Positions 16,152-25,904 of a DNA stretch of 35,774 nt are shown here, piece after piece. Source of the DNA: a virus (Duplodnaviria; Caudoviricetes); the IMG/VR virus record IMGVR_UViG_3300032257_000067, positions 1 to 35,774 of that record. One strand, 5' to 3'. The position numbers and the translations under genes were made by a program. The notes beneath the pieces were generated by a model. It saw only the letters and a program-made list of their open reading frames with translations. It ran no database searches and was not told the origin of the DNA. How positions within the stretch are numbered: position 1 is the stretch's first letter; each line of letters begins with the position of its first letter.

Positions 16152-17970
16152 TTTAGCACGATTACAGGTTATTCTCGAGGCCGAATCCTCACGCCTAACG
16201 AAAGGGCTGGATAAGGTCGATGCCCGCATGAAGCGGTGGGAGAGAAAATCCAAGAAGTCGATCAGCAATGTAGGGAGTGCTTTTGCTGGGGTTATTTCTA
16301 TAGCGGCGATTGCTAACATCTCTAACCAGATTAAAGAGGCGGCAGCAAAGTTCGAGATCCTTGACGCTTCACTTAGAACGGTGACAGGCTCGGCAGAAGC
16401 TTTCGGCAGCGCAAAAAAGACAATCGATGCTTTTGTCGGTGAAGTGCCTACCACGCTTGAAGAGGCGACCCGGTCATTTATTAAACTAAAGGCGCTAGGC
16501 TTAGATCCTTCTCGCGAGGCAATGGTCTCTTATAGCAATACCGCGCTTGCAATGGGCCTCTCTCTCAATCAGATGGTGGAAGCGGTCGCTGATGCCACCA
16601 CCGGAGAGTTTGAACGTCTAAAAGAGTTTGGCATTAAATCCAGAACCATTGGCGAGAATGTCAGCTTTACCTTCCAGGGTATCACCACCACCGTCCAGAA
16701 AAACGCAGAAGAGATCGAGGGGTACTTACGGAGCATCGGCGACGTTCAATTTGCTGGTGCGGCAGCGGCTCAGATGGACACGATCAAGGGCCGATCATTA
16801 CAGCTCCAAACGGCTATCGACAAATTGTTTGTTGCGCTGGGTGATGCGGGGTTAACTAAAGTATTTAAAGACTCTTTGGAACAGATGACCAAATGGGTCC
16901 AGAAGATCGAAGACTCTAAGGAATCCTTGGAGGGCGTGGTTGCAGTTGTTAAGTTTGCCAGCAAGGTTTTTGAAACCATAATTGTGATCTTCAAGGAAGT
17001 GGGTAGCGCGATTGGTCAGATCGCGGCATCTGTTGAAGCCTTAATTGATTTAGACTTTAAGCGGTTTAATTTTATTCAAAAGCATGCGACCAAAGAGCGG
17101 GCGGAAAACTGGAAAACCGCTGAGAGTATTTGGGCAAAGGTTGAGGCGCAAGAAGAGCTAAACAAAAAGACTGCCGCTATTCCAGGCGCGGCAGCACCAG
17201 GAGCGGCACCAGGGGGCGATCAAGAAGAACAGCGCGACAAAGAGTTGCAGAAATTCAGAGGCTCATTATTAAGTCAGCTCGAGTCCTTAGAAACCCATTT
17301 AATGAATCGCGAAGAGCGCGAGATGTTTGCATTTGAACGCAGGCAGGAAATGCTCGAAGAGTCGCTTGAAGCGGGCTTGATCTCAGAAGAAAGATTTCAT
17401 TTTTTATCTGAAGAGTTAGAAGAGAAACACCTGGACAGACTCTCTAAACTCAGAGAAAAGGACATGACCAAGGCCGAGCGTCTTTGGGCGATGGGCTGGA
17501 AAGGCAAGATGCAGCTTGCCCAAACTGGTCTCAGGGGTTTATCTAACCTGATGCAATCTGAGAGTAAGAAGCAATTCGCGATTGGCAAAGCCGCTGCTAT
17601 TTCTGACACAATCATCAACACATATCGTGCAGCACAAAGCGGCTTCGCGACACAGCCTTTCTTCCCGGTCGGTTTGGCAATGGGCGCTTTAGCTATCGTT
17701 CAAGGTATTAATAACGTCAACAAGATCCGGTCGCAGCAATTCGGTGCGGGGTCTGTTTCTGGTGGCGCGGCAACGCCTACCTATAACGCTAACCCCAATA
17801 CGGGAATCCCTACAGAAGCCCCTGGCTTTGATGAATTACGAGACCAGGGCGAACCCGGCCAGGTAATTAATATTAACATTCACGGCAATCCAACCAAGGA
17901 TCAAGTCCGTGAATTAATCGACTCTATCAACGAAGAGATCGGAGATGGCGTGGAGTTACGGACAGCATGA
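16138..17970 (+). CDS. Tape measure protein (610 aa)
   Basis: Ala-rich helical protein, EAVADATTGEFERLKEFGI motif; follows the chaperones. Confidence 0.9.
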   Translation: MAKNDLARLQVILEAESSRLTKGLDKVDARMKRWERKSKKSISNVGSAFAGVISIAAIANISNQIKEAAAKFEILDASLRTVTGSAEAFGSAKKTIDAFVGEVPTTLEEATRSFIKLKALGLDPSREAMVSYSNTALAMGLSLNQMVEAVADATTGEFERLKEFGIKSRTIGENVSFTFQGITTTVQKNAEEIEGYLRSIGDVQFAGAAAAQMDTIKGRSLQLQTAIDKLFVALGDAGLTKVFKDSLEQMTKWVQKIEDSKESLEGVVAVVKFASKVFETIIVIFKEVGSAIGQIAASVEALIDLDFKRFNFIQKHATKERAENWKTAESIWAKVEAQEELNKKTAAIPGAAAPGAAPGGDQEEQRDKELQKFRGSLLSQLESLETHLMNREEREMFAFERRQEMLEESLEAGLISEERFHFLSEELEEKHLDRLSKLREKDMTKAERLWAMGWKGKMQLAQTGLRGLSNLMQSESKKQFAIGKAAAISDTIINTYRAAQSGFATQPFFPVGLAMGALAIVQGINNVNKIRSQQFGAGSVSGGAATPTYNANPNTGIPTEAPGFDELRDQGEPGQVININIHGNPTKDQVRELIDSINEEIGDGVELRTA

Positions 17971-18725
17971 CTTCTTACATAGGTTATAACAACATACTAG
18001 AAACGGGTACGGTCACAGTCACTAGTGAGGCTACCGGCTACGAAAAAGAAAACGCTTTTGATTGGAATTCGTTTGATTATTGGAAGGCCTCGGCCTCGGG
18101 GACGGTTTATCTGACGGTCGATGCTGGCGCGGCAACGGTGGTTGATTACTGGGCGTTAGCTTTTCACGATCTCGCGGATAACTCAGGCACCATTAAAGCC
18201 CAATACAGCGCGGGGGGCTCTTCCCCTTTTAGCTGGTCCGACTTAGATACTGTCCAGACCCCTAGCGATGGCAAGGTGATCTTCCGTCCTGTCACACAAC
18301 AGAATGTTAGATACTACCGTTTCGAGATTAGCTCAACCGGCGCGGCCAGTGCGATTGGGGCGCTATCTATAGGACAGGCTCTAACCCTGCCCTATGGCAT
18401 GCAGTCCCCTTTTATCACGCCGACCTATGCTAGAAACAAAAAGATCCTTAACTCGATAACCGAGGGCGGACAGTTTGTCGGACGCTCAGTGCAAAACATG
18501 GGGCAGAAATTCACCATAGCCCAAAAGGGCTGCACTGAAACTTGGATAGAGGCCAATTGGGAAAGCCTGATTGATCATATTGAGATCAAGCCGTTTTTCT
18601 TTTTGTGGGATCAGGAAAACCATCCGACAGAGGCGGCTTATGCTTGGGCTAACAAGTTTAAATATCCTACTTATAATCAACCCCATTATGATTTCTCTAT
18701 ATCGTGTGAGGGCTTATTAAGTTGA
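17967..18725 (+). CDS. Distal tail / tail-tip protein
   Basis: Follows the tape measure gene; ENAFDW..FDYWK, RYYRFEI, KPFFFLW. Confidence 0.6.
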   Translation: MTSYIGYNNILETGTVTVTSEATGYEKENAFDWNSFDYWKASASGTVYLTVDAGAATVVDYWALAFHDLADNSGTIKAQYSAGGSSPFSWSDLDTVQTPSDGKVIFRPVTQQNVRYYRFEISSTGAASAIGALSIGQALTLPYGMQSPFITPTYARNKKILNSITEGGQFVGRSVQNMGQKFTIAQKGCTETWIEANWESLIDHIEIKPFFFLWDQENHPTEAAYAWANKFKYPTYNQPHYDFSISCEGLLS

Positions 18726-21079
18726 GTTATGCCGATCAAATAATCACTATCGGGCGGGTGCCGTTTTCGACGTGTGAATTATGCCTGGATACATGTGCGC
18801 TTGTTTATGGAACGAGTGCAACTAATGTTTTTACTCAGTCCGAGAATTTTGGTCATGCTGATTGGGTAAAGATTCGTGCAAGTATTGTAAATAATACGAC
18901 TCTTTCTCCTGAAGGCGTAAGCAATGCTGACTTTTTAAAAGAGGATGCAACGGCCTCTAATTCACATTTTGTATCCCATTCCCGAACCATTCCTTCTGTT
19001 GCTGACTATGTTTTTTCTGTTTATGTGAAACGGAACGGGCGCGATCATGTAAGGTTGTTAGAAAATAACGGGGATGCCCAAGCTTATTTTGATCTTAAGA
19101 ATGGGAAGGTCGGCACTACCTCTGGAACAGGGGGGTATGGGATCGAGTATATCGCCGATGATTGGTATCGGATCCATGTGATATTCAGCAGCTTGGCGGC
19201 TGCAACTATTAACTTCATTGTATACCTTGCCGATCAGGATAATAGCGTCACCTATACAGGCGACGGGGTAAGCGGGGTTTATATTTGGGGCGCTCAATTA
19301 GAGCAAGCCTCGAGTCTAGGACATTATGTCGCGACCACCGCCTTGACTTCCCCTGTCACAAGCAAATCATGTACAGCGGCAGCGGCAGCGGGAAGCGAAT
19401 GCTACAACACGCGATCCACTTGCCAAGATACTGATAATTACAAAAAGATTAAAAAGGGGTATCGGTTTTGCTCGGTGGATGCGGGGCACCCTGTCGATAG
19501 AGGTTTTATCCCTTGTATCGTTACCGATCCAAAATTCACCCCTACAGAAATAAAACCCGATGCGGGACTATCAACGCGATCACAAGTCACGGTCACGGTC
19601 AGAGACTTCCCTCACCATGATCGAGGTGTCGATCCGTATTTCTCGACACGCGCGGCCCCGTCCGGGACTTTTTTCGGACGATTGATCGCTAGGAACCCGT
19701 ATTACATCGGGCGCAGCATGATTACGAAAACAGGCTATCTAACAGACACGTTTGATCATGATAATTTTCAAAGCCGGTTATATATTTTAAAAGATATCGT
19801 CGGGCCCAGAATGCAGGGGAATGAGATCTATTATGATTTTATTGGTAAAGACATATTAGAGCTTGCTAATAACCTTAAGACCAAGATCCCCGCACCGACC
19901 GATGCCACGATAGACGAGACGACCAGCCCATCAGGAATAACGGCGGTGTCTACCTCTTTGACTCTGGCTAGCACTTCAGCGCTCAGCGACTTCCCTACGG
20001 GCGGCGGGACGATCATGATCGGTGATGAGGTGATGACCTATGCTTCCAGGGGATCACCTGAAAACGTTTTAACAGGATTAACCCGTGAGCTATACGGCAC
20101 CACAGCCGATAGTCACGACGGTGGGGACGGGGTGCAGGTTTGCAAGATATTCACCGGCGGTCCCTTCGATGTTTTATATGAGATTTTAAATACTTATCTG
20201 GGGATTTCGGCGTCTTATATTCCTTATTCGGGCGGGTCGCCTGAGATGGATTGGGACACCGAGCAGCGTCTTTGGTATTCAGGCGTCAACATGAGCGCGT
20301 TATTTGTTGAGCCTGAAGGGGTTAAAGATTTAATTAGTAATTTATGCGAAGCCTTCCAGATCGATCTATGGTGGGACGAAGAAGATCAACAGATAAAAGC
20401 AAAGGGTAACGTTCCCCCGTTAGCGAATGCGTCAGTGACAGAATTAACTGACAACGGACATTTAATAAAAGAGAAAACAAGCGTTCAGGCGATGACGGAT
20501 CGACGCTTTAGTCGGATGGTATTACATTTCAATAAAATTGATTACTCAGAAGACGACAAAAAATCAAACTTTTCCCGGCACCATTACGAAGTCGACGCGA
20601 CAGCAGAAAGCTCCGACGCCTTTGACGAGATCAAAACCAAGGAAATTAAAACGCTTTGGTTGAACGCGGCAGAAGCTTCGATCGCAAGTCAGACCGCACA
20701 GCGATTCCTGGCAAGATTCGGACGTACTACGCCGACTAAATTCATGTTTGAGGTGGACGCAAAAGACTCCACGATCAAGACCGGGGACTTGATTGATATT
20801 AACTCAATCCACTTACAAGGCTTAACAGGCGTCCCAGTTAGTACACGCTTTCAAATTACGAAACGAAAAGAGATCAAGCAGGGGCATTCGTACCAATATG
20901 AAGCCTTAAAGTTTATCTTCTCAACCCGTAACGGGTTTATCGCTGATAATGCATTGGATACCACTTCACCGATGACGGTGTATGATAATGCAAGCTCAGC
21001 ACAAAAGGACGCCAACGCTTTTGTCGGCCCTAACACTGGACTGTTTCCCGATGACGGGAATTTATACGTAATTATCTAG
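18722..21079 (+). CDS. Tail hub/central tip protein with Cys-rich N-terminus and an inserted carbohydrate-binding-like domain
   Basis: C..CLDTC, CYNTRSTC, IGDEVMTY..TRELYGT..DSH, LWWDE; 785 aa. Function from synteny. Confidence 0.7.
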   Translation: MSYADQIITIGRVPFSTCELCLDTCALVYGTSATNVFTQSENFGHADWVKIRASIVNNTTLSPEGVSNADFLKEDATASNSHFVSHSRTIPSVADYVFSVYVKRNGRDHVRLLENNGDAQAYFDLKNGKVGTTSGTGGYGIEYIADDWYRIHVIFSSLAAATINFIVYLADQDNSVTYTGDGVSGVYIWGAQLEQASSLGHYVATTALTSPVTSKSCTAAAAAGSECYNTRSTCQDTDNYKKIKKGYRFCSVDAGHPVDRGFIPCIVTDPKFTPTEIKPDAGLSTRSQVTVTVRDFPHHDRGVDPYFSTRAAPSGTFFGRLIARNPYYIGRSMITKTGYLTDTFDHDNFQSRLYILKDIVGPRMQGNEIYYDFIGKDILELANNLKTKIPAPTDATIDETTSPSGITAVSTSLTLASTSALSDFPTGGGTIMIGDEVMTYASRGSPENVLTGLTRELYGTTADSHDGGDGVQVCKIFTGGPFDVLYEILNTYLGISASYIPYSGGSPEMDWDTEQRLWYSGVNMSALFVEPEGVKDLISNLCEAFQIDLWWDEEDQQIKAKGNVPPLANASVTELTDNGHLIKEKTSVQAMTDRRFSRMVLHFNKIDYSEDDKKSNFSRHHYEVDATAESSDAFDEIKTKEIKTLWLNAAEASIASQTAQRFLARFGRTTPTKFMFEVDAKDSTIKTGDLIDINSIHLQGLTGVPVSTRFQITKRKEIKQGHSYQYEALKFIFSTRNGFIADNALDTTSPMTVYDNASSAQKDANAFVGPNTGLFPDDGNLYVII

Positions 21080-21088
21080 AGGGAACCC

Positions 21089-21748
21089 ATGACCACTTAT
21101 TCCGCTATATCAGACTCAGAAATTGCCGTTGGTGCTCCACTAACTAATAACCTGGCGACCAAATTAAGAAATAACCCTTTAGCTATTGCAGAGGGGGACG
21201 CATCCGCCCCGGAGATTGATGGATCGGCGCTAACGGCATCGTCCGTCCCGGACTCGGCAATGGTTAACGATCCAACTGCTGGCAGGTGGTCACTTGTTAC
21301 CTCTGGCAGCGTATCCGCCGCCAACAATATATCTATTACAGGGATAGCAACAGGATATAGAGAGCTATTGTTTATAGTCGCCGAAATATACTCGAATGAT
21401 AACTTCGGAATTTATAATATTAGAATGGGAGATGGATCGTACTCTTCTGTATATGCTCAACTCAGTACCCTCTACACAGATATAAGGGGACTAAGCGGAT
21501 CGGAGCTATCTACAACAGATGATTCAGCCTCTGCCCCGTACTCGATGACCTGTCACGTTAAAGGGAACGGTCTGACAATGTGGAAGAATGTGACCTATTC
21601 GGCAGTTATACAAAACTCAACTACGCCATTAAATAACACATGGGAAGGGTATGTCGGCGTTACCACCGAAATTGATCAAATCCAGCTCAGGATAACATCA
21701 GGAACGCTTGCCGCATCAGGCAATTACTACCTCTACGGATTGGTCTAA
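21089..21748 (+). CDS. Tail fibre / receptor-binding protein (short)
   Basis: YSAISDSEIAVGAP....KLRNNPLAIAEGD..AP anchor-type N-terminus; C-terminal IDQIQL..SG..SGNYYLYG. Confidence 0.65.
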   Translation: MTTYSAISDSEIAVGAPLTNNLATKLRNNPLAIAEGDASAPEIDGSALTASSVPDSAMVNDPTAGRWSLVTSGSVSAANNISITGIATGYRELLFIVAEIYSNDNFGIYNIRMGDGSYSSVYAQLSTLYTDIRGLSGSELSTTDDSASAPYSMTCHVKGNGLTMWKNVTYSAVIQNSTTPLNNTWEGYVGVTTEIDQIQLRITSGTLAASGNYYLYGLV

Positions 21749-21820
21749 TTCAGCATCATCCAGCAATTCGGCGCACTCGTATTCGGCGCGCTGTTCTAAA
21801 TATGCTTTGTATTCGTCCAT
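21716..21820 (-). CDS. Small acidic hypothetical peptide (34 aa), antisense to the late operon
   Basis: AGGAGG RBS, MDEYKAYLEQRAEYECAELLDDAELDQSVEVVIA; hand translation. Confidence 0.4.
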   Translation of the reverse strand: MDEYKAYLEQRAEYECAELLDDAELDQSVEVVIA

Positions 21821-21925
21821 GTTAATAAGTGCCTCCTAATGTTAGTGAACATTTACTGACTATATAGGACATTAATCTGCATTTTGCAACCAATTAACGC
21901 CAATAATTTGACACCAGGAGAAGGT

Positions 21926-22321
21926 ATGGCTACTACCAAACTAGAGCAACGTCGAGAAGACGACGCCTTTAATAGAAAAGTAACCCAGTTTTTGATCGCG
22001 GTAATGGTGGGCCTATCGGTTGCTTTTATCAGTGGAGTGGCAAGCTATATCTACATGGTTAGCGCGATACAAAACCAGGTTGAAAACAACACCGAGGCCA
22101 TTGCTGTTCTGTCTGATACTATTAAGCAGATGAACGCCTTTGATGGACAGCTCTCATCTATACAGACGCACGTCCAGATACTAAGCCAATCAGTTAGTTT
22201 GATTCATGGGAAAGTCGATAATCTGTCGGCAAAGCTAAACCGGTTTACCCCGGTAGTAGATAGGGCGGATCGGTACATCGATGAACATATTAAGAATCAC
22301 CAGAACGGGAACGGGTCATGA
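21926..22321 (+). CDS. Single-TM coiled-coil protein, possible lysis component
   Basis: AGGAG RBS, hydrophobic segment, ATGA overlap with the endolysin. Confidence 0.55.
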   Translation: MATTKLEQRREDDAFNRKVTQFLIAVMVGLSVAFISGVASYIYMVSAIQNQVENNTEAIAVLSDTIKQMNAFDGQLSSIQTHVQILSQSVSLIHGKVDNLSAKLNRFTPVVDRADRYIDEHIKNHQNGNGS

Positions 22322-22731
22322 CAAAACTCGAAGATCAGCTCATTATCCACGAAGGCTATAGACAGTTTCCCTATAAATGCACCGCCGACCGATTAACCAT
22401 TGCCATTGGCCGCAACCTGGACGACGTGGGGATTACACAAGACGAAGCCCGCTACCTTTTAAAAAATGATATTAGACACGCACGGAGTCAATGTGAGTTA
22501 GCCTTCCCCTGGTTTTCAGGGCTGGACCCAGTGAGGCAGGACGCTATAGTCAATATGTGCTTTAATCTAGGGATATCCCGGCTAAGAGGTTTTAAGAAAA
22601 TGCTGACCGCGTTAAAAGAAAAAGACTTTCACAAGGCGGCAGAAGAGGCGCTGGATTCTAAGTGGGCGAAGCAAGTAGGCCGTCGATCAGAAGATATTGT
22701 TCACATGTTTATCACAGGGGAGTACCCATGA
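22318..22731 (+). CDS. Endolysin, GH24 (T4-lysozyme-like)
   Basis: HEGYR..PYKCTADRLTIAIGRNL, NMCFNLG, FKKML, LDSKWAKQVGRR. Confidence 0.9.
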   Translation: MTKLEDQLIIHEGYRQFPYKCTADRLTIAIGRNLDDVGITQDEARYLLKNDIRHARSQCELAFPWFSGLDPVRQDAIVNMCFNLGISRLRGFKKMLTALKEKDFHKAAEEALDSKWAKQVGRRSEDIVHMFITGEYP

Positions 22732-23087
22732 AATTTACAAAAATAGAATTAATATTAGCAATGGTTAATATATTTATTATCGGCCTGGTGCTGATTAGCT
22801 GGGCGACTTATTCTCATGCTTCCGAAAGGCACCACCACCACTTAGACCTAACACCTCCAACCATTGAGAAAGATTGTGGCGCGGCGGGTGCAATGGCGGC
22901 AGGCCAACATCAATTTTATATTACCAGCAAAAAGCAACTCTCTGTATCAGGTGCTACACGGGATGACTGTATAGCCGGATCCGTTGGGACAGCCTTTACC
23001 CATAACCAGACCTTGTATTCTGGGCAAATTACCTTTGAAGAAGGCGGAGAAGTTAGCGGCGGAGTAACCGCTAATATCACATTCTAA
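22728..23087 (+). CDS. Membrane/secreted protein with beta-strand C-terminus ending in Phe
   Basis: N-terminal hydrophobic helix; GAAGAMAA...GGVTANITF recalls YadA-anchor-like ends (weak). Confidence 0.4.
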   Translation: MKFTKIELILAMVNIFIIGLVLISWATYSHASERHHHHLDLTPPTIEKDCGAAGAMAAGQHQFYITSKKQLSVSGATRDDCIAGSVGTAFTHNQTLYSGQITFEEGGEVSGGVTANITF

Positions 23088-23401
23088 TGGCTAAAGCATA
23101 CGAATGGATAAAGCTCGGCCTTGAAAACTGGAAAACGGTGCTTTCTATTCTGACTCTGTTGATCGGGCTTGTATCGTCTGGCGTAGGCAACGTCTTACAA
23201 AGCAATAAGGTAAAATCCTACAAGACCGGATACGAAGCCCTGGCGCATAATGTTTCAGTGGCACAGCGAGGCCCAAAGTTGTCAACATCTCAACCCAAAG
23301 TTGTCAACGTTAAGACCTGTGACTGTCAACATTTAGAGAAGGCCATCCAATTAAACACACAACACATCAAAGAGCTGCGCGGGTTCCATGCGCTTAATTA
23401 G
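23087..23401 (+). CDS. Single-TM protein, possible spanin-like
   Basis: N-terminal TM segment; position in the lysis cassette. Confidence 0.4.
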   Translation: MAKAYEWIKLGLENWKTVLSILTLLIGLVSSGVGNVLQSNKVKSYKTGYEALAHNVSVAQRGPKLSTSQPKVVNVKTCDCQHLEKAIQLNTQHIKELRGFHALN

Positions 23402-23413
23402 AGGTATCTGACA

Positions 23414-23812
23414 ATGATTAGCTGGCTAACGGGATTATTTGGATCAAGTAAGAGCACCGACACGGTGGTCGAAACTGCCGCTAAAGGCATTTACAACGGC
23501 CTGGACGCGCTCTTTTTTACCGACGAAGAGAAGGCCGAGTTTAGACAGAAACAGGCTGAGACCGTGATTAAGTTCGCCGAAATTGCCTACGATGAAAACT
23601 CGATCCGATCGGTGACCCGTCGTTGGTTGGCGTTTATGGTGGTCGGCCCAACGATGCTATTTGCGTTAGCTGGCGCAGTTATTTATATATTTAACGAGCC
23701 TTATGCAAATTTCTTGCTAGAGATGGCGGGCAAATTTATCCCTTGGGCTGGTGGTATTTTAGCTTTTTACTTTGGCGGTCATTTAGTTGCTGCCTTGCCG
23801 CGTAAATCTTGA
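23414..23812 (+). CDS. Holin-like membrane protein
   Basis: DALFFTDEEKA, SVTRRWLA, two TM segments, ILAFYFGG. Confidence 0.65.
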   Translation: MISWLTGLFGSSKSTDTVVETAAKGIYNGLDALFFTDEEKAEFRQKQAETVIKFAEIAYDENSIRSVTRRWLAFMVVGPTMLFALAGAVIYIFNEPYANFLLEMAGKFIPWAGGILAFYFGGHLVAALPRKS

Positions 23813-24243
23813 CGCCTTTTCCTTTCTCTTTCGCGGTGACAAGTTAGGCATTCTCTCTTGCCTTTCTTTAGCTTGTAAGCAGAAAGATTGCTTTTATCCA
23901 AAAGATGCCCGTTTTTGCAGTGCGTCTGTTTTAGCTGTTTGGCGATAAGTGTTTCGCCTCTAGCAAGGTTTTCTCTTCGAGAAACTGGCTCCAGGTGAGC
24001 AGGATTAATGCAGGCCCTATTCCTACACAAATGATCAATATCTAATCCTTTTGGAATCTCCCCTATATGTATTTCATAAGATATTCGGTGCGGATAACAC
24101 CTTTTCCATTTTCCGTCTATCTTCACCGTGAATGCGCCGTAACCGTTTGGCATTAAAGCGCCAGTCCATACCCAGCATTCAGAATCTGGATCAATCCTAA
24201 CCTTAGCTAGTAGTCTATCAGGGTTTAACGGTATCTTTTCCAT
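23779..24243 (-). CDS. Free-standing HNH endonuclease
   Basis: CWVWTG..NGYG, HRISYE, IDHLCRNRACINPAHLEPV..EN, THCKNGH, CLTC. Confidence 0.9.
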   Translation of the reverse strand: MEKIPLNPDRLLAKVRIDPDSECWVWTGALMPNGYGAFTVKIDGKWKRCYPHRISYEIHIGEIPKGLDIDHLCRNRACINPAHLEPVSRRENLARGETLIAKQLKQTHCKNGHLLDKSNLSAYKLKKGKRECLTCHRERERKRRQDLRGKAATK

Positions 24244-24803
24244 CAGTAATCCATCCAAAGGTATTGGAAATTCATAGCGGTGTTGCGATTGTTCCAGGCC
24301 AGTGTCGCCCAGAAATTATAAAAAGGGCGCTCACCCCGAACATCACCTAAATCAAACGCATTGCCATAAGTAACCTGACTGAAATCAATCTTCGCTAGTT
24401 TGTCGATGTTTCTGGATAGGATAAAATCAGTAATGGTGTAAGGTTTAATCTTGCGCTGACCCTTCACCAAGGTTTCAATATAGCCCTTGTCCGTCGTGTC
24501 TTCATTTGAGTCATCATCCAGCCAGCCCCAGATAAATATTACTACCAGATAGAATTGTATCTTGTTAACTTTGCGCTTATTAACATGACCAAGACGCCCA
24601 ACCCCGTGAATATCTTGAAGCATCCAGGCCTTACCATCTACAAGCATTGGGCTGCGCTCATACAATCGCTTTAATGGCAAATCGTTTTGCAGCACATAGC
24701 TATACACCACACTACGTGCATAAGCCCGAAAAGGAACACAGGCAAACACCCATACCCGGCCAATTATCTTGGCTATAAATATCAATATTTTACTCACTTT
24801 CAT
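24243..24803 (-). CDS. Hypothetical protein (aromatic-rich, WGWLDDDS)
   Basis: 186-aa ORF coupled to its neighbours. Confidence 0.65.
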   Translation of the reverse strand: MKVSKILIFIAKIIGRVWVFACVPFRAYARSVVYSYVLQNDLPLKRLYERSPMLVDGKAWMLQDIHGVGRLGHVNKRKVNKIQFYLVVIFIWGWLDDDSNEDTTDKGYIETLVKGQRKIKPYTITDFILSRNIDKLAKIDFSQVTYGNAFDLGDVRGERPFYNFWATLAWNNRNTAMNFQYLWMDY

Positions 24804-25101
24804 TCTCCTTTAGTATGAGTGTGGCGAGTCTTGTAGCATAATTCTCTAGTTGATTTAGCCTCACTGCTTCCGCCATTTCTGTTCGAGGCTGTATATTTTC
24901 AATAACTTTTATTTGCATAGCCAGCTCAACGACTTCGGGGGGGTGGTGCAAAGAATCAATGCGTTGTAAATCATTAATCAGCGCCTCTTTATTATATTGT
25001 TTACCAACATAAGTTTGTGCGTTACCTACCTTTCCTGGACTAAGTGCCTGGATGATTTCCGGTAAAGTTTTATAATGTTTTACAGGTCTATGCTCACTCA
25101 T
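24790..25101 (-). CDS. Hypothetical protein
   Basis: Overlapping early-operon ORF. Confidence 0.6.
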   Translation of the reverse strand: MSEHRPVKHYKTLPEIIQALSPGKVGNAQTYVGKQYNKEALINDLQRIDSLHHPPEVVELAMQIKVIENIQPRTEMAEAVRLNQLENYATRLATLILKENESE

Positions 25102-25390
25102 GTTGGCTTGCCTCTATACGTGCTAACGCTACGGCTTTGCAAGGATCTTCATCTTCAACAACCCAATCAGTACCAACTATTTCAAATAAGCCTTCCCATG
25201 CTCCCGGCTGTAGATGCAGGTTTTTTCTAGCAAGCCACTTAACATTCTCAGCGAAGATGGCCGGGTCTTTGTAGTTGACTGGATTAAAAAAGCTAACTTC
25301 TGGTAGAAGACTCGCCGATTGCGTTCTTACTTTCTCAGGTTTTATATTCATAGCCTCTGCCAGCTTCTTATTCAGCTCATCGTCTGTCAT
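25094..25390 (-). CDS. Hypothetical protein (MTDDELNKKLAEAM...PCKAVALA)
   Basis: AAGGA RBS; typical small phage early ORF. Confidence 0.6.
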   Translation of the reverse strand: MTDDELNKKLAEAMNIKPEKVRTQSASLLPEVSFFNPVNYKDPAIFAENVKWLARKNLHLQPGAWEGLFEIVGTDWVVEDEDPCKAVALARIEASQHE

Positions 25391-25410
25391 GGCTTGTTAT
25401 CCTTTTTTGT

Positions 25411-25623
25411 TTATTCATCTTTTAAGTCTTCCATTTCTAAATCAGATAGATCTAATCGTTTAAATAGAATTTCCACCACTTCACCGTCATGGCCGAAGTG
25501 GGACTCTAAATCTATTATGTGCTCTATCTTTTCTGGTACAGGAATCCATGCGTCAACCGCTTCCTCGTAGTAAAATAATCGAGGCTTTTTTTCGGTTAGT
25601 TTTTTTAGATTCTGGCCCATCAT
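25411..25623 (-). CDS. Hypothetical acidic protein
   Basis: 70-aa ORF, TAATG coupling. Confidence 0.55.
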   Translation of the reverse strand: MMGQNLKKLTEKKPRLFYYEEAVDAWIPVPEKIEHIIDLESHFGHDGEVVEILFKRLDLSDLEMEDLKDE

Positions 25624-25733
25624 TATTCGCTATCCCTCAACTTCTCAATCAACAAATCAATCTCTGCCTGTGTCTCAGGTGATTGATCGCGCTTAGCGGT
25701 TTCTAATTCCTGTATAGCTTGTTCTATGTCCAT
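25623..25733 (-). CDS. Hypothetical 36-aa protein
   Basis: MDIEQAIQELETAKRDQSPETQAEIDLLIEKLRDSE; stop overlaps the next ATG. Confidence 0.5.
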   Translation of the reverse strand: MDIEQAIQELETAKRDQSPETQAEIDLLIEKLRDSE

Positions 25734-25742
25734 GACTCTCTA

Positions 25743-25895
25743 CTAGAAAAAAGGTTGCTCTATTACTTTTTCGATAGCCTTACATTTTTTGACTGTCCAT
25801 CTACAATAAAAACACCAACAAGATATTCCTTTAGCAGCAAGGAAATGCTCACCGCTAGGTTGGTTTTGTGGATGCAAACACCCGAATATTTTCAT
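25743..25895 (-). CDS. Hypothetical 50-aa Cys-rich protein ending AIEKVIEQPFF
   Basis: AGGAG RBS; hand translation. Confidence 0.5.
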   Translation of the reverse strand: MKIFGCLHPQNQPSGEHFLAAKGISCWCFYCRWTVKKCKAIEKVIEQPFF

Positions 25896-25904
25896 GGCTT
25901 ACTC

